From Candidatus Zhuqueibacterota bacterium (lineage in GTDB: Bacteria > Zhuqueibacterota > Zhuqueibacteria > Residuimicrobiales > Krinioviventaceae), in the NCBI GenBank assembly GCA_016929295.1, contig JAFGJB010000153.1:10830-74829 (forward strand): 64,000 bases of DNA, given 5' to 3'. Below, one piece after another: positions 49,433 through 58,361 of the stretch. The translations under genes were made by a program, and so were the position numbers. Each line of letters starts with the position of its first letter. The stretch's first letter is position 1. The notes under the pieces are model-generated. The model saw only the letters and a list, made by a program, of their open reading frames with translations. It did not search any database and had not been told where the DNA came from.

Positions 49433-52405
49433 ATGAATGCCGACGTACTACAAAATTACAATCAAAACGATCGTGAGGTGAACATATTTATTTCCTCGAC
49501 ATTTCTTGACATGAACAATGATCGTGATTTTTTAAAGAACAAAGCGTTCTTGCAGCTCGCGGAAATATGTGAAAATAGGGGTGTGATCCTTACAGTCGTC
49601 GATTTGCGCTGGGGTGTTAATACTGATGAGATCGATAGTGAGAACGAAACCGAAAAACTCGAAAAAAAGGTGCTTGATGTTTGCTTTGATAGAATTGACC
49701 GATGTAATTATTTTGTCGGCATTCTTGGGGCGAGATATGGCTATATACCGAGGCATCTTTCAAGTCATATTATCGAACTGTTTGATGAAAAGTCGTCACC
49801 TATTGGACGTTCCGTAACCGAACTTGAGATAATTTATGCGACCCGGAAAAAAGGCTTGAACCAGGATAATATGCTCTTTTGCCTGCGCGATGATGATTAT
49901 TCTAAAAGTTTAGGTGCAGATTTTATCGAACATAATAACGAAAATCGTCAAAAACTAAAAGAACTATGTGATTACGTCAAGAGATATCAACCTCATTTTA
50001 TCGAAGGCTACAAGAATGTTCATGTGCTCAACAAAGGTATATTTGAATTTTTTAAAAATGTTCTAGACAGGCGATTCCCAGCGCCGGCAGCTCATGATCC
50101 GAATGAACTTTATTCATTAACCCACTACTTTTACGCCCTGCGGCAGCGACGATACTATGAAAAAAATGATCTTCTTCACTCAGAATTGAATCAATTCATA
50201 GAAAAGAAAGATCAAACTCTCCTGGTACTTGAAGGGGCGATCGGTTCTGGTAAATCATCTTTGCTAGCAAACTGGGGACTGTCATTGCTCGAAAAGAACA
50301 CAGCTAATGTCATTCTTCACTTTGTTGGGATAAGTAGTCAAAGTACAACATGGCAATCCACTCTAAGACACATGATATATGAACTTTGTTTTGATAACGG
50401 ATTGCCCTTTCTAATGCCTGAGAATGAGCTTGATCTACCCATGCTGCTGTATCAAACATTGCAGACGGTTAGCAAAAAACGCCGTGTGGTCATCGTTATT
50501 GACGGAATAAATAAATTCGAATTTGAAAATGGGACAACAGATTTATTTTGGCTGCCAGGAAATCTGCCCCAGAACGTGTCAATTATCATTTCAACTACAG
50601 CTCCCATCGAACAATTTTATAATCATGACGCTTGTAAATTCAAACTTGGGCATGAAGCTTTCTATGCCAGGGGGCAACAGCGTGACGAATTTATAAAACA
50701 ATACTTGGACAAAATACAATTTCGCGAGCTAAGCAAACAGCAAATTTCAAAGATTAGCAATCATCACCTTGCGTCAACGCCAAAGTTTTTGGTGACGATT
50801 CTGGAGAGTCTTTCATTATTTGGACTCGGAAAACGTGACAGTCCAGAATCAACCGAGAAAAACGACGATTATAAATATTATCTAGATAGCGAACTAGAAT
50901 ATTACATATCATCTAATAGTTATGTTGAATTATACGAGCGGATTTTTGACAAAATTGAGAAATTCAGTCAAGAAAGTAAGGAAATTTTGCGAGATGGCCT
51001 TCGATTTATATTTTACTCAAAAGACGGGCTTGCTGAAGAAGAGGTACTCCATTTAATCAGCAGAACGACCAAAAGTGAAATAATGTATATTGACTGGCAG
51101 CCTGTCTACTTGTCGATAGCAAACCTATTGGTAAATAATTCGGGCTTGCTATCGATCAGAGAAGAAGCAATCCGCCAGGCCGTGCAGAAAAAGTATGCGA
51201 TTGGCAAAGATTCTGAATTAGCATATAGGCAGGAAATACTGAATTATTTTGTGAGAAATAGAAATTCAACTCGTAAACTACAAGAATACGCGTGGCAGCT
51301 ATCACAATTGGGCTACAATGAAAAGTTGTTTAGGTATTTAAAACAGAGATCAGTATTTCATGATTTTTGGAGATTAGATCCTATTTCATTAAAAAAATAT
51401 TTTGTTTTTCTTATTAACAGTAAAGCAATTTATTTAAAAGATATCGCCGAGCATTTTGCAAAATTAGCCAAATCGAACAGTAAGAATGCAAAATTCCTTG
51501 AATCATTGTCTATTTTTTTATTTGATTTGGGTTTCTATGAGCATGCAAAAGAAATACAAGAAGACTTGATCAATCAGTTCAAAACGAAGGACAAAAATAT
51601 CTATCAAAGAACGTTGAGATTACTGGCTAATAGCGAGCTAAGACTTGGCAACTGGAGCAATGCTTATAGATACTATAAAAAGCAAGCATCAATTGTTACG
51701 CCTGCCGTATGTTTGGATGATTTTAATTCATTGCAAAAAAGCTATGGAAATCAGGCTATCGTTCTCGTAAAAATGGGTAAGAGTAAAAGGGCTCTTGAGC
51801 GCCTTGAAAAACAAGAAAATATTTGCAAAGACTATCATTTCTACGATGGTTTGATGAAGTGCTACGGCACATATGCGAATGCTTTTATTCAATTGCGAAA
51901 GTTAAAGGAAGCCTTGGAGTATCAGCATGAACAGGAGATATTAGCCAAGCGTATGAACGATCTCAAGGATTTGCATATCTCGCTTGGCAACAAGGCTGTT
52001 ATTTTGCAGACTTTGGGCAAATTTGAAGAAGCATTTCGTACTCATGAGCAAGAACGAGAAATATGCCTTAAAATTGGTGACCGCTACGGGCTTCAAGCTT
52101 CTTATGGCAATCAGGGCCATATTTTTTTAAAAAGAGGGATGTATATTGAAGCACTATCTCTTTATCTTCGACAAGAAGAAATTTGCATGGACATATCTGA
52201 AATGTGGGGCCTGCAAAATGCTTATTTTAATATAGGCGTTGCTTATACAAGATTAAAAAATCCACTCAAAGCAGCAGACTTTATAAGCAAGTGCATAAAA
52301 ATATGTGTTGAATTGCACTATAAAAAAGACTTACGCAAAGCTAAAATTCTACTATTTGCTTTAAAATTACTTAAACTTGGATTCAAGTCAGCCAAAAAAG
52401 CCTAA
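49433..52405 (+). CDS. NLR-like STAND NTPase: DUF4062-like N-terminal domain, NACHT-type P-loop NTPase, C-terminal TPR array
   Basis: N-term VNIFISSTFLDMNNDRDFL..VDLRWGV..GARYGYIP matches DUF4062 conserved blocks. Walker A LLVLEGAIGSGKSSLLANW (about nt 50231-50254); Walker B RRVVIVIDGINKFE (about nt 50486-50509). C-terminal about 300 aa of 34-aa TPR/KLC-like repeats. No signal peptide or TM. Start 7 bp after the S8 stop. Confidence 0.85.
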   Translation: MNADVLQNYNQNDREVNIFISSTFLDMNNDRDFLKNKAFLQLAEICENRGVILTVVDLRWGVNTDEIDSENETEKLEKKVLDVCFDRIDRCNYFVGILGARYGYIPRHLSSHIIELFDEKSSPIGRSVTELEIIYATRKKGLNQDNMLFCLRDDDYSKSLGADFIEHNNENRQKLKELCDYVKRYQPHFIEGYKNVHVLNKGIFEFFKNVLDRRFPAPAAHDPNELYSLTHYFYALRQRRYYEKNDLLHSELNQFIEKKDQTLLVLEGAIGSGKSSLLANWGLSLLEKNTANVILHFVGISSQSTTWQSTLRHMIYELCFDNGLPFLMPENELDLPMLLYQTLQTVSKKRRVVIVIDGINKFEFENGTTDLFWLPGNLPQNVSIIISTTAPIEQFYNHDACKFKLGHEAFYARGQQRDEFIKQYLDKIQFRELSKQQISKISNHHLASTPKFLVTILESLSLFGLGKRDSPESTEKNDDYKYYLDSELEYYISSNSYVELYERIFDKIEKFSQESKEILRDGLRFIFYSKDGLAEEEVLHLISRTTKSEIMYIDWQPVYLSIANLLVNNSGLLSIREEAIRQAVQKKYAIGKDSELAYRQEILNYFVRNRNSTRKLQEYAWQLSQLGYNEKLFRYLKQRSVFHDFWRLDPISLKKYFVFLINSKAIYLKDIAEHFAKLAKSNSKNAKFLESLSIFLFDLGFYEHAKEIQEDLINQFKTKDKNIYQRTLRLLANSELRLGNWSNAYRYYKKQASIVTPAVCLDDFNSLQKSYGNQAIVLVKMGKSKRALERLEKQENICKDYHFYDGLMKCYGTYANAFIQLRKLKEALEYQHEQEILAKRMNDLKDLHISLGNKAVILQTLGKFEEAFRTHEQEREICLKIGDRYGLQASYGNQGHIFLKRGMYIEALSLYLRQEEICMDISEMWGLQNAYFNIGVAYTRLKNPLKAADFISKCIKICVELHYKKDLRKAKILLFALKLLKLGFKSAKKA

Positions 52406-52426
52406 AAACAAAAAAGGAGAACTAAA

Positions 52427-52789
52427 ATGAAAGTGCTATGCAAAATTTTGATTGTAGCCTTTATCATTCTCTCAATTTCGGGATGCAAGGAATACACAAA
52501 ATTTAAAGTCAGTATTATCAACGACAGTTCATCTGAAATTACAGAAATTGAGCTGGGGATGATTGGCGTAGAAAAGACCGTTTCAGTTAATAGCCTGGCG
52601 GTTGGAGCAAGTACAAAGGTTTTTGTATTTTTATTGAAAAAGCTAGAGGAAGGCGTACCAGTACCAATTAGCTATGGTGATTATAGAGGTGGCTATAGTC
52701 AAAAAGGTGAAAAAAAACCCATATTTATTACCACACCTAATAAAAAAATTGAAATCAAAATAAATGATGATTCCTATTCCCCGATCTAG
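52427..52789 (+). CDS. Small lipoprotein (120 aa), third gene of island operon
   Basis: Lipobox ..FIILSISGC. RBS AAGGAGAAC 6 nt upstream. 21 bp after the NLR gene stop. Low GC like the NLR gene. Confidence 0.55.
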   Translation: MKVLCKILIVAFIILSISGCKEYTKFKVSIINDSSSEITEIELGMIGVEKTVSVNSLAVGASTKVFVFLLKKLEEGVPVPISYGDYRGGYSQKGEKKPIFITTPNKKIEIKINDDSYSPI

Positions 52790-55314
52790 TCAACAAGCAC
52801 AACCTTTAGCTGTCGGACTCTCTCGCCCATCTTCAGCCGCACTAAATAGACCCCGCTCGCCACAGCCTTATCATGCTCATTCAATCCATTCCATACAACG
52901 GAATGCTGCCCCGCGGCTGTCCTCCCCTCAAGCAGAATCCTGACGCGCCGGCCGCACACATCAAATATACTCAAGCGCACATCTTGCTCTTTCGGGACAT
53001 AAAACTCTATCCTCGTCGCGGCGTTGAACGGATTCGGATAGGCTTTTTTCATAACAAAACTATCCGATACCGCCCTTTGAACAACTTTGTTCACAATTTC
53101 GAAAAACGCTTTTATCGAGACATCACTATGGAGTGTCATGGATATTTGCGATTCTTGTTCAGCAATTCCCTCCCAGCCGACGAACCTGAACCCTTCATCG
53201 GGGAGCGCGGCGAGCTGAATGGGGACATCGCGATAGTAGATGCCACTCCACTCTTTTTCTATGGTCAATGAGTTGATCTGCAGCCGCCCGACGCCGCGGG
53301 GCTGCACATCTGCATGCACATCAGCTAAACCAGCGAGATTGAATTCATCTATAACGTGATCATGCAGGTAATCGCGACGATTGGCGAGAAAATTTTCGAC
53401 GTAACTAACATTCCGACGCCACTGCGTTTTGCTGCCGCCCCAGCGCGACAGATGCGCGCCAATTTCAGGATCGAGCTGCGCCGTCAACTTGCCCAGTTTC
53501 GCCAGGGTGACCTCCTCGCTGAAAAAAGAATTCATGAAATCGGCCAACTTGTTGATGAACATACAGGTGAAATTTTCATTTTCCAGTATCTTGCGAAAGA
53601 GAAAAGTGGACTCGGGCGGATTGGGCCAGTCCGGTCCGTCCTCCTCGCGGTAATAGGCGATGGTGTTGTCCATGTAGGCATCCGGCGCAAAGTGAAAATT
53701 GGGCACGAACAGGCGCATGGCGAAGGAATGATCAGTGTCATATAACAGCCAGCGATAACGCGATCCTGGATCATGCGAACGCCAGAATTTGCAGTTGTGG
53801 CCAGGACCGTCATGGTTGGCGAAAAAGATCTGGACAGCCATATAGGTGAGATAGTTGTCGACGTCCATCTGCGTCTTAACGTAATCGGCATGGGCGTCAT
53901 CCTGCAAATCATGGTCGAGGAGATAGTCGATGAGCGAGTTGTAGTGCTCGGCGCTGCCTTCGACGACCAGCGGATAGAGGGTGTGATAATCATCCAAAAT
54001 GTCCACCTCATCCGGATCGACGCCATGATGGGACGCGAGATAATCTTCATTCAGCTTTTCGCGGATCTCATAGATGCCCCAATAATCGCCATTCAGGTAA
54101 AGGTGACAGGGACGGTAAAGTTGATTATCAATATCCACATCCCGATCATCGAGCAGGAGGGCCGTCAAACCATCGCGAAACTGCACGCCACCTTCATTGT
54201 GCGTGTTATCGCTGCCGCCATTGCGCAGTAAAAATGATTTAAAGGTCGTCACGGAATAACCGGGGAAAAGAGCGTACTCCAGTTCGTCCGCACCATAGCC
54301 GCTACGCATGAAAATGGCAAACGATTTTTGCGGCAGCGTGCGCGTTGTCTTGCCGAACATCTTGATGCCCGCATTGACGCTCAAGCCGCGACCATCGGGC
54401 TCATACAGCTCGAGGTGCACCGGCCGCTCCCAGTCTTCCCAATAATTGGCCGGCGGCCCAATGGGATTGCTGGGATAGCCGCCCATGGCCGTGCCATTGC
54501 CGACGACATAGATGCCAATGTCGTCATCAAAAAGGTTGTCCGGATGCGTCGATATCGAGACCAGCGGGATGCCGCTCGTCACATCGACAAAATAGGTATA
54601 AGTGACCACAGCGCCGGCCAGTTTGCCCGTTTCGAAACAACGCGCTTTCAAGACGGTCGTCCGATTGATGGTGATGGGAGAAAGATAAGAGTGAGAGTTG
54701 ATATTCGGATCCGCGCCGTTCGTCGTGTAGCGGATCAGGCTGCCGGCGGTAGACGAGGAGAGGGCGACTGCGAGGGGCTGGCTGTGCAATCCGCCAGGTG
54801 GCGAGATCAACGGTTCGGGCGCATAGCCGGCAGCCGGCGCGGCGTCGTTGGCCGCTCGCGGCGTCGGCCGGCTGTAAAAAGCCCATTGACCCGGATCAGC
54901 AGGCGTGCGTCCGTAGGAATGATCCACAGCAAGAGGGGGGACGGTGAGGTCATCGAGGATCCTGCCCGACGCGTCGGAGAGCAGAATGCGTTCACCCCTG
55001 GATTTGATCTTAAAGTTGGTGTGCAACGAGTTCGGCGTGCGGCGATTTTTGTCGGATGCAAACACGACGAGGAAAGCATTCGTGGCAAGAGAGATGTTGG
55101 GAAAAGTCCATTTGTGCGGTTCTTCGGCATCATCTGACAGTCCATAACCGTTCAGATTGATGGGTGAACCCGGATTATAGAGCTCGATCCAGTCGGGATA
55201 GTCATCATCCTCATCTGCGAGGATGGAGGCATTCAATGACATCACCTCGTTGATGAGCGGAGCTTGAGAAAAGCAGAGTGCAATCAATGAAATTGCCAGC
55301 ATAAAGATTTTCAT
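52786..55314 (-). CDS. CotH-family (atypical kinase) protein with N-terminal lamin-tail domain and T9SS C-terminal sorting domain
   Basis: Start taken at ATG 55314 (MKIFMLAISLIALCFS signal peptide; the track ORF begins 6 nt earlier at TTG). LTD-like segment INEVMSLNAS..DWIELYNPG. CotH core ..YLNGDYWGIYEIREKLNEDYL... C-terminal ..KKAYPNPFNAATRIEF..GVYLVRLKMG..KVVLVD is a T9SS CTD. Confidence 0.85.
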   Translation of the reverse strand: MKIFMLAISLIALCFSQAPLINEVMSLNASILADEDDDYPDWIELYNPGSPINLNGYGLSDDAEEPHKWTFPNISLATNAFLVVFASDKNRRTPNSLHTNFKIKSRGERILLSDASGRILDDLTVPPLAVDHSYGRTPADPGQWAFYSRPTPRAANDAAPAAGYAPEPLISPPGGLHSQPLAVALSSSTAGSLIRYTTNGADPNINSHSYLSPITINRTTVLKARCFETGKLAGAVVTYTYFVDVTSGIPLVSISTHPDNLFDDDIGIYVVGNGTAMGGYPSNPIGPPANYWEDWERPVHLELYEPDGRGLSVNAGIKMFGKTTRTLPQKSFAIFMRSGYGADELEYALFPGYSVTTFKSFLLRNGGSDNTHNEGGVQFRDGLTALLLDDRDVDIDNQLYRPCHLYLNGDYWGIYEIREKLNEDYLASHHGVDPDEVDILDDYHTLYPLVVEGSAEHYNSLIDYLLDHDLQDDAHADYVKTQMDVDNYLTYMAVQIFFANHDGPGHNCKFWRSHDPGSRYRWLLYDTDHSFAMRLFVPNFHFAPDAYMDNTIAYYREEDGPDWPNPPESTFLFRKILENENFTCMFINKLADFMNSFFSEEVTLAKLGKLTAQLDPEIGAHLSRWGGSKTQWRRNVSYVENFLANRRDYLHDHVIDEFNLAGLADVHADVQPRGVGRLQINSLTIEKEWSGIYYRDVPIQLAALPDEGFRFVGWEGIAEQESQISMTLHSDVSIKAFFEIVNKVVQRAVSDSFVMKKAYPNPFNAATRIEFYVPKEQDVRLSIFDVCGRRVRILLEGRTAAGQHSVVWNGLNEHDKAVASGVYLVRLKMGERVRQLKVVLVD

Positions 55315-55323
55315 TTGCAAAAC

Positions 55324-55536
55324 TCACATTTTCACATCGATCCATACCAGACGATGGTCGGATGCCTTCTCTGCCAGTTTATAGCTCTGCGGGTCGTCGT
55401 CCTCAAACGGCCAGAACACACCGCCGCCGACGATTTTGAGATCGACGCTAGGCAGAACATAATCGACGCGCACTTGCCGGCCACTGACATTTGCCATAGT
55501 TGCTCCCATGATGAACCAAAATACTGTTGTTTTCAC
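55324..55536 (-). pseudogene. Endonuclease/exonuclease/phosphatase (EEP) family C-terminal gene remnant
   Basis: The 70-aa ORF ends ..QVRVDYVLPSVDLKIVGGGVF...ASDHRLVWIDVKM, matching the last two conserved blocks of EEP domains (RIDYI..S..L and SDHxPV). The N-terminal catalytic 200 or more aa are absent, and upstream is non-coding. Confidence 0.45.
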
Positions 55537-55751
55537 GCAAGCCTCATTTTCATACGTGGCAATAATGGATATAAAGATATGAAAATATTTCTTACATTGT
55601 AAAAATATTTCGCGCCTGACTATTTTCGATTTATCGACTGCGTTTACGCGCCTTTATTTTCAATAGGTTGGCGACCTTGAAAATACGATAGTATGGCACA
55701 GATGTTGTCCCATTTTCTTTGGTACAATCTCATCAATCATGGAGGAAAAGC

Positions 55752-58328
55752 ATGCGACACATTTTAACGCTGTTGTGTTTTGTTCTGCCGGCCGCACTCC
55801 TGACGCAGACAACTTTTAGCGCCGATGCCTACGAGCAATTTCTGCAGGATAACGCCAATATGACTGCACAGCAGATCTTGCAACGTCACCAACCTAGTAT
55901 GCAGTATTATAATGATCGCAAAGATAAATTGCAAGTCGCTGATTATGCCTATCTCGATTCCGTGCAGATGAAATACGGGCTCACGGCTAATGAAATGGAA
56001 AAACTGCAGAAAAACCATTTTGTCGTCAGCGAACGGCTTTCTTTCGATTGTTTTGGGCGGGCTCTGCATGATATCTATCAAAAGGATTTGCCTGTCATGG
56101 TGACCAGCGATGCCATTTTGTACGCGTTGCATTTTTCCTATGATCGAATTCTCTTTGATATCGAGCGCACCATACTCGAAGCCAAATTGAAGCAAGTTCT
56201 TGACGGCCTGTATTCGAGTTTTGAAAAACTGCAAAGCGAATACGGCAGTGAGCATGTCTTGCAGGAGCCACTGCAGGACGTCGATCTCTACATCACCCTG
56301 GCAAAATCGCTGCTGGATGAACAAGTGTCGCCGCCGCATCATGCTGACAAGAGCGATGTCGACGCTTTGTGGAAAGCCATTGCCAATGAGCAAATGACTT
56401 TTATGCCGCTATTCTCCGAGCGCGCTCGCAAACTGGATTTCAGCCAGTTCACCGTTCGCGGCCACTATACGAACGAGTTCTGGGATATCGGCGGCAAGCG
56501 TACGCTGGGGAATTACTTCAAGGCCATGATGTGGCTCGGCCGCATGGATTTCTATCTGACACCGCCGCCGGTCGGCCCCGAGGAAATGCCATGGACGCGC
56601 GAAGAGATCAGTCGCATGATCGCCGGCTCGCTTTTGCTGAATGAGCTGCTCGATCTCGCCGGCGTTCGTGACGAACTGAACGAGATCGATGCCATCATCA
56701 ACTTTATGGTCGGCGAGAGCGACAACCTGACGCCGGCGGAGTTGGCAGATGTGGTCGCTGAATTGACTATAACGCCGCTCTCCATCTACGACGAGACGGT
56801 CTACGATGAGCTGCAGAGCGAGCTCGTCTCCGAGGTCGTCTATGGCCAGCGCATCATGTCCGCTTTCTTCATCGTCGATCCTTTTGCCAACAAACCGGAC
56901 GAGCTGCCCATTTCCTATCGCTTGAGCGGGCAACGGTTCATCATCGATTCCTACGTGCTGGCGAATGTGGTCTATGATCGGATCATCTTTGACAATTATA
57001 AAGTGTGGCGGCCGATGCCCGATCCGCTGGATGCGATGTTTGTGCTCGGCAACGACAATGCGCTGCCTCTTTTACAGGAGGAGATCGAAGAATACAAATA
57101 TGCCTCGCAACTCGAAGCCTTGCGCTATCTTGTCGATGCCTACGATGCGGACTTTTGGGGCAACTCGCTCTACAACGTCTGGCTGCAGGGCATTCGCGCT
57201 CTCAATCCATCGGCGCAGGATGAGCACGCGCCCTATTTCATGCGGACCGTCGCCTGGCAGCAGCAAAAGCTGAACACCCAGTTGGCCTCCTGGGCACAGC
57301 TGCGGCACGACAACCTGCTCTACGCCAAACAGTCTTATACCGGCGGCACATCGTGCTCCTATCCGCACTCTTTTGTAGAGCCCTATCCCGATTTCTATCA
57401 ACAGATCGCTGCCTTTGCCGAAAAGGCTGAAAACCAGCTCATCCCCCTGTTGCCGGATGGTTCCTGGGAAGCCAATCTTTTGAAAAGATTTTTTCCTCAA
57501 GTCAGGGAAGTGATGTTGAAACTCAAGGCATTGGCGCAAAAGGAATTGGCCGGACAACCTTTTGCTGAAGATGAGATTCAATGGCTAAAGACCATGCTGT
57601 TCATCGACGGCATGAGCGGCGCGCCGCCGTTCTCCGGCTGGTATTCCGATCTGTTTTATAAACTGGAGATGACAATGGATGGGCAATATGAAGGGCACGA
57701 CTATCTCGTCGCCGATGTGCACACCCAGCCGACGGATCTGGGAGGCGCCGTTGTCGGCCGTGTTTTGCACGTCGGTGTCGGCGAGGTGAATCTCGGGCTC
57801 TTTCTCGCGCAATCGCCGTCCATGCAGTATCAGCCCATGGTTTTTGCCGGACCTGTGATGTCGTACTATGAAAAAATTACCGAGAACTTTAAGAGACATA
57901 CGGACGAGGAATGGGCCGAGCTGGTGATCAAGAAACAGCTGCCGCCACGGCCCGATTGGGTCAATGTCTATTTGACGGATGAAAATGGCAATGCCCGATC
58001 GACTGGTCGCGAACTGCCCGGCATGGAATATGTGCAGACGGACGTGGATGACATCTCCCTGCCGGACAAGAGTTCCTTGTTGCAGAATTACCCGAATCCA
58101 TTCAATCCAACGACATCCCTGCGCTATCAGATCAAAACGGCGGGGCAGGTCAAATTAGCGGTCTATAACACCCTGGGCGAAGAAATTGCCCTGCTGGTGA
58201 ATGAGAGCCATGAGCCAGGTGAATATCGAGTTGAATGGAATGGCCGGGATTTTCCGACCGGACTTTATTTTGCTGTGCTCGAAGCCGGTCAGTTACGCAA
58301 AACGATAAAAATGATATTGGTAAAATAA
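55752..58328 (+). CDS. Large secreted hypothetical protein with T9SS C-terminal sorting domain
   Basis: Start at MRHILTLLCFVLPAALLTQ after GGAGGAAAAGC. 859 aa. C-terminal ..QNYPNPFNPTTSLRYQI..GLYFAVLEAG..KMILVK is a T9SS CTD. No catalytic motif recognised. Confidence 0.75.
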   Translation: MRHILTLLCFVLPAALLTQTTFSADAYEQFLQDNANMTAQQILQRHQPSMQYYNDRKDKLQVADYAYLDSVQMKYGLTANEMEKLQKNHFVVSERLSFDCFGRALHDIYQKDLPVMVTSDAILYALHFSYDRILFDIERTILEAKLKQVLDGLYSSFEKLQSEYGSEHVLQEPLQDVDLYITLAKSLLDEQVSPPHHADKSDVDALWKAIANEQMTFMPLFSERARKLDFSQFTVRGHYTNEFWDIGGKRTLGNYFKAMMWLGRMDFYLTPPPVGPEEMPWTREEISRMIAGSLLLNELLDLAGVRDELNEIDAIINFMVGESDNLTPAELADVVAELTITPLSIYDETVYDELQSELVSEVVYGQRIMSAFFIVDPFANKPDELPISYRLSGQRFIIDSYVLANVVYDRIIFDNYKVWRPMPDPLDAMFVLGNDNALPLLQEEIEEYKYASQLEALRYLVDAYDADFWGNSLYNVWLQGIRALNPSAQDEHAPYFMRTVAWQQQKLNTQLASWAQLRHDNLLYAKQSYTGGTSCSYPHSFVEPYPDFYQQIAAFAEKAENQLIPLLPDGSWEANLLKRFFPQVREVMLKLKALAQKELAGQPFAEDEIQWLKTMLFIDGMSGAPPFSGWYSDLFYKLEMTMDGQYEGHDYLVADVHTQPTDLGGAVVGRVLHVGVGEVNLGLFLAQSPSMQYQPMVFAGPVMSYYEKITENFKRHTDEEWAELVIKKQLPPRPDWVNVYLTDENGNARSTGRELPGMEYVQTDVDDISLPDKSSLLQNYPNPFNPTTSLRYQIKTAGQVKLAVYNTLGEEIALLVNESHEPGEYRVEWNGRDFPTGLYFAVLEAGQLRKTIKMILVK

Positions 58329-58361
58329 CCTCCTAAAATATACGAAAGCCTTCTTTCCTAA

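Larger units (their letters stand above)
45655..52800. other. About 7 kb low-GC compositional island (S8 peptidase, NLR-like STAND, lipoprotein)
   Basis: By eye, coding sequence at 46.2-52.8 kb is markedly A/T-richer (about 35-42% GC, abundant AAA/TTT codons) than the flanking tldD/pmbA and CotH genes (about 52-57% GC). No integrase, transposase or tRNA at the borders. Confidence 0.5.

Noticed and set aside
54328-55137. 269-aa plus-strand ORF (R-rich)
   Set aside because: Antisense inside the LTD-CotH gene. Arginine-rich composition reflects the reverse complement of a GC-rich coding strand.
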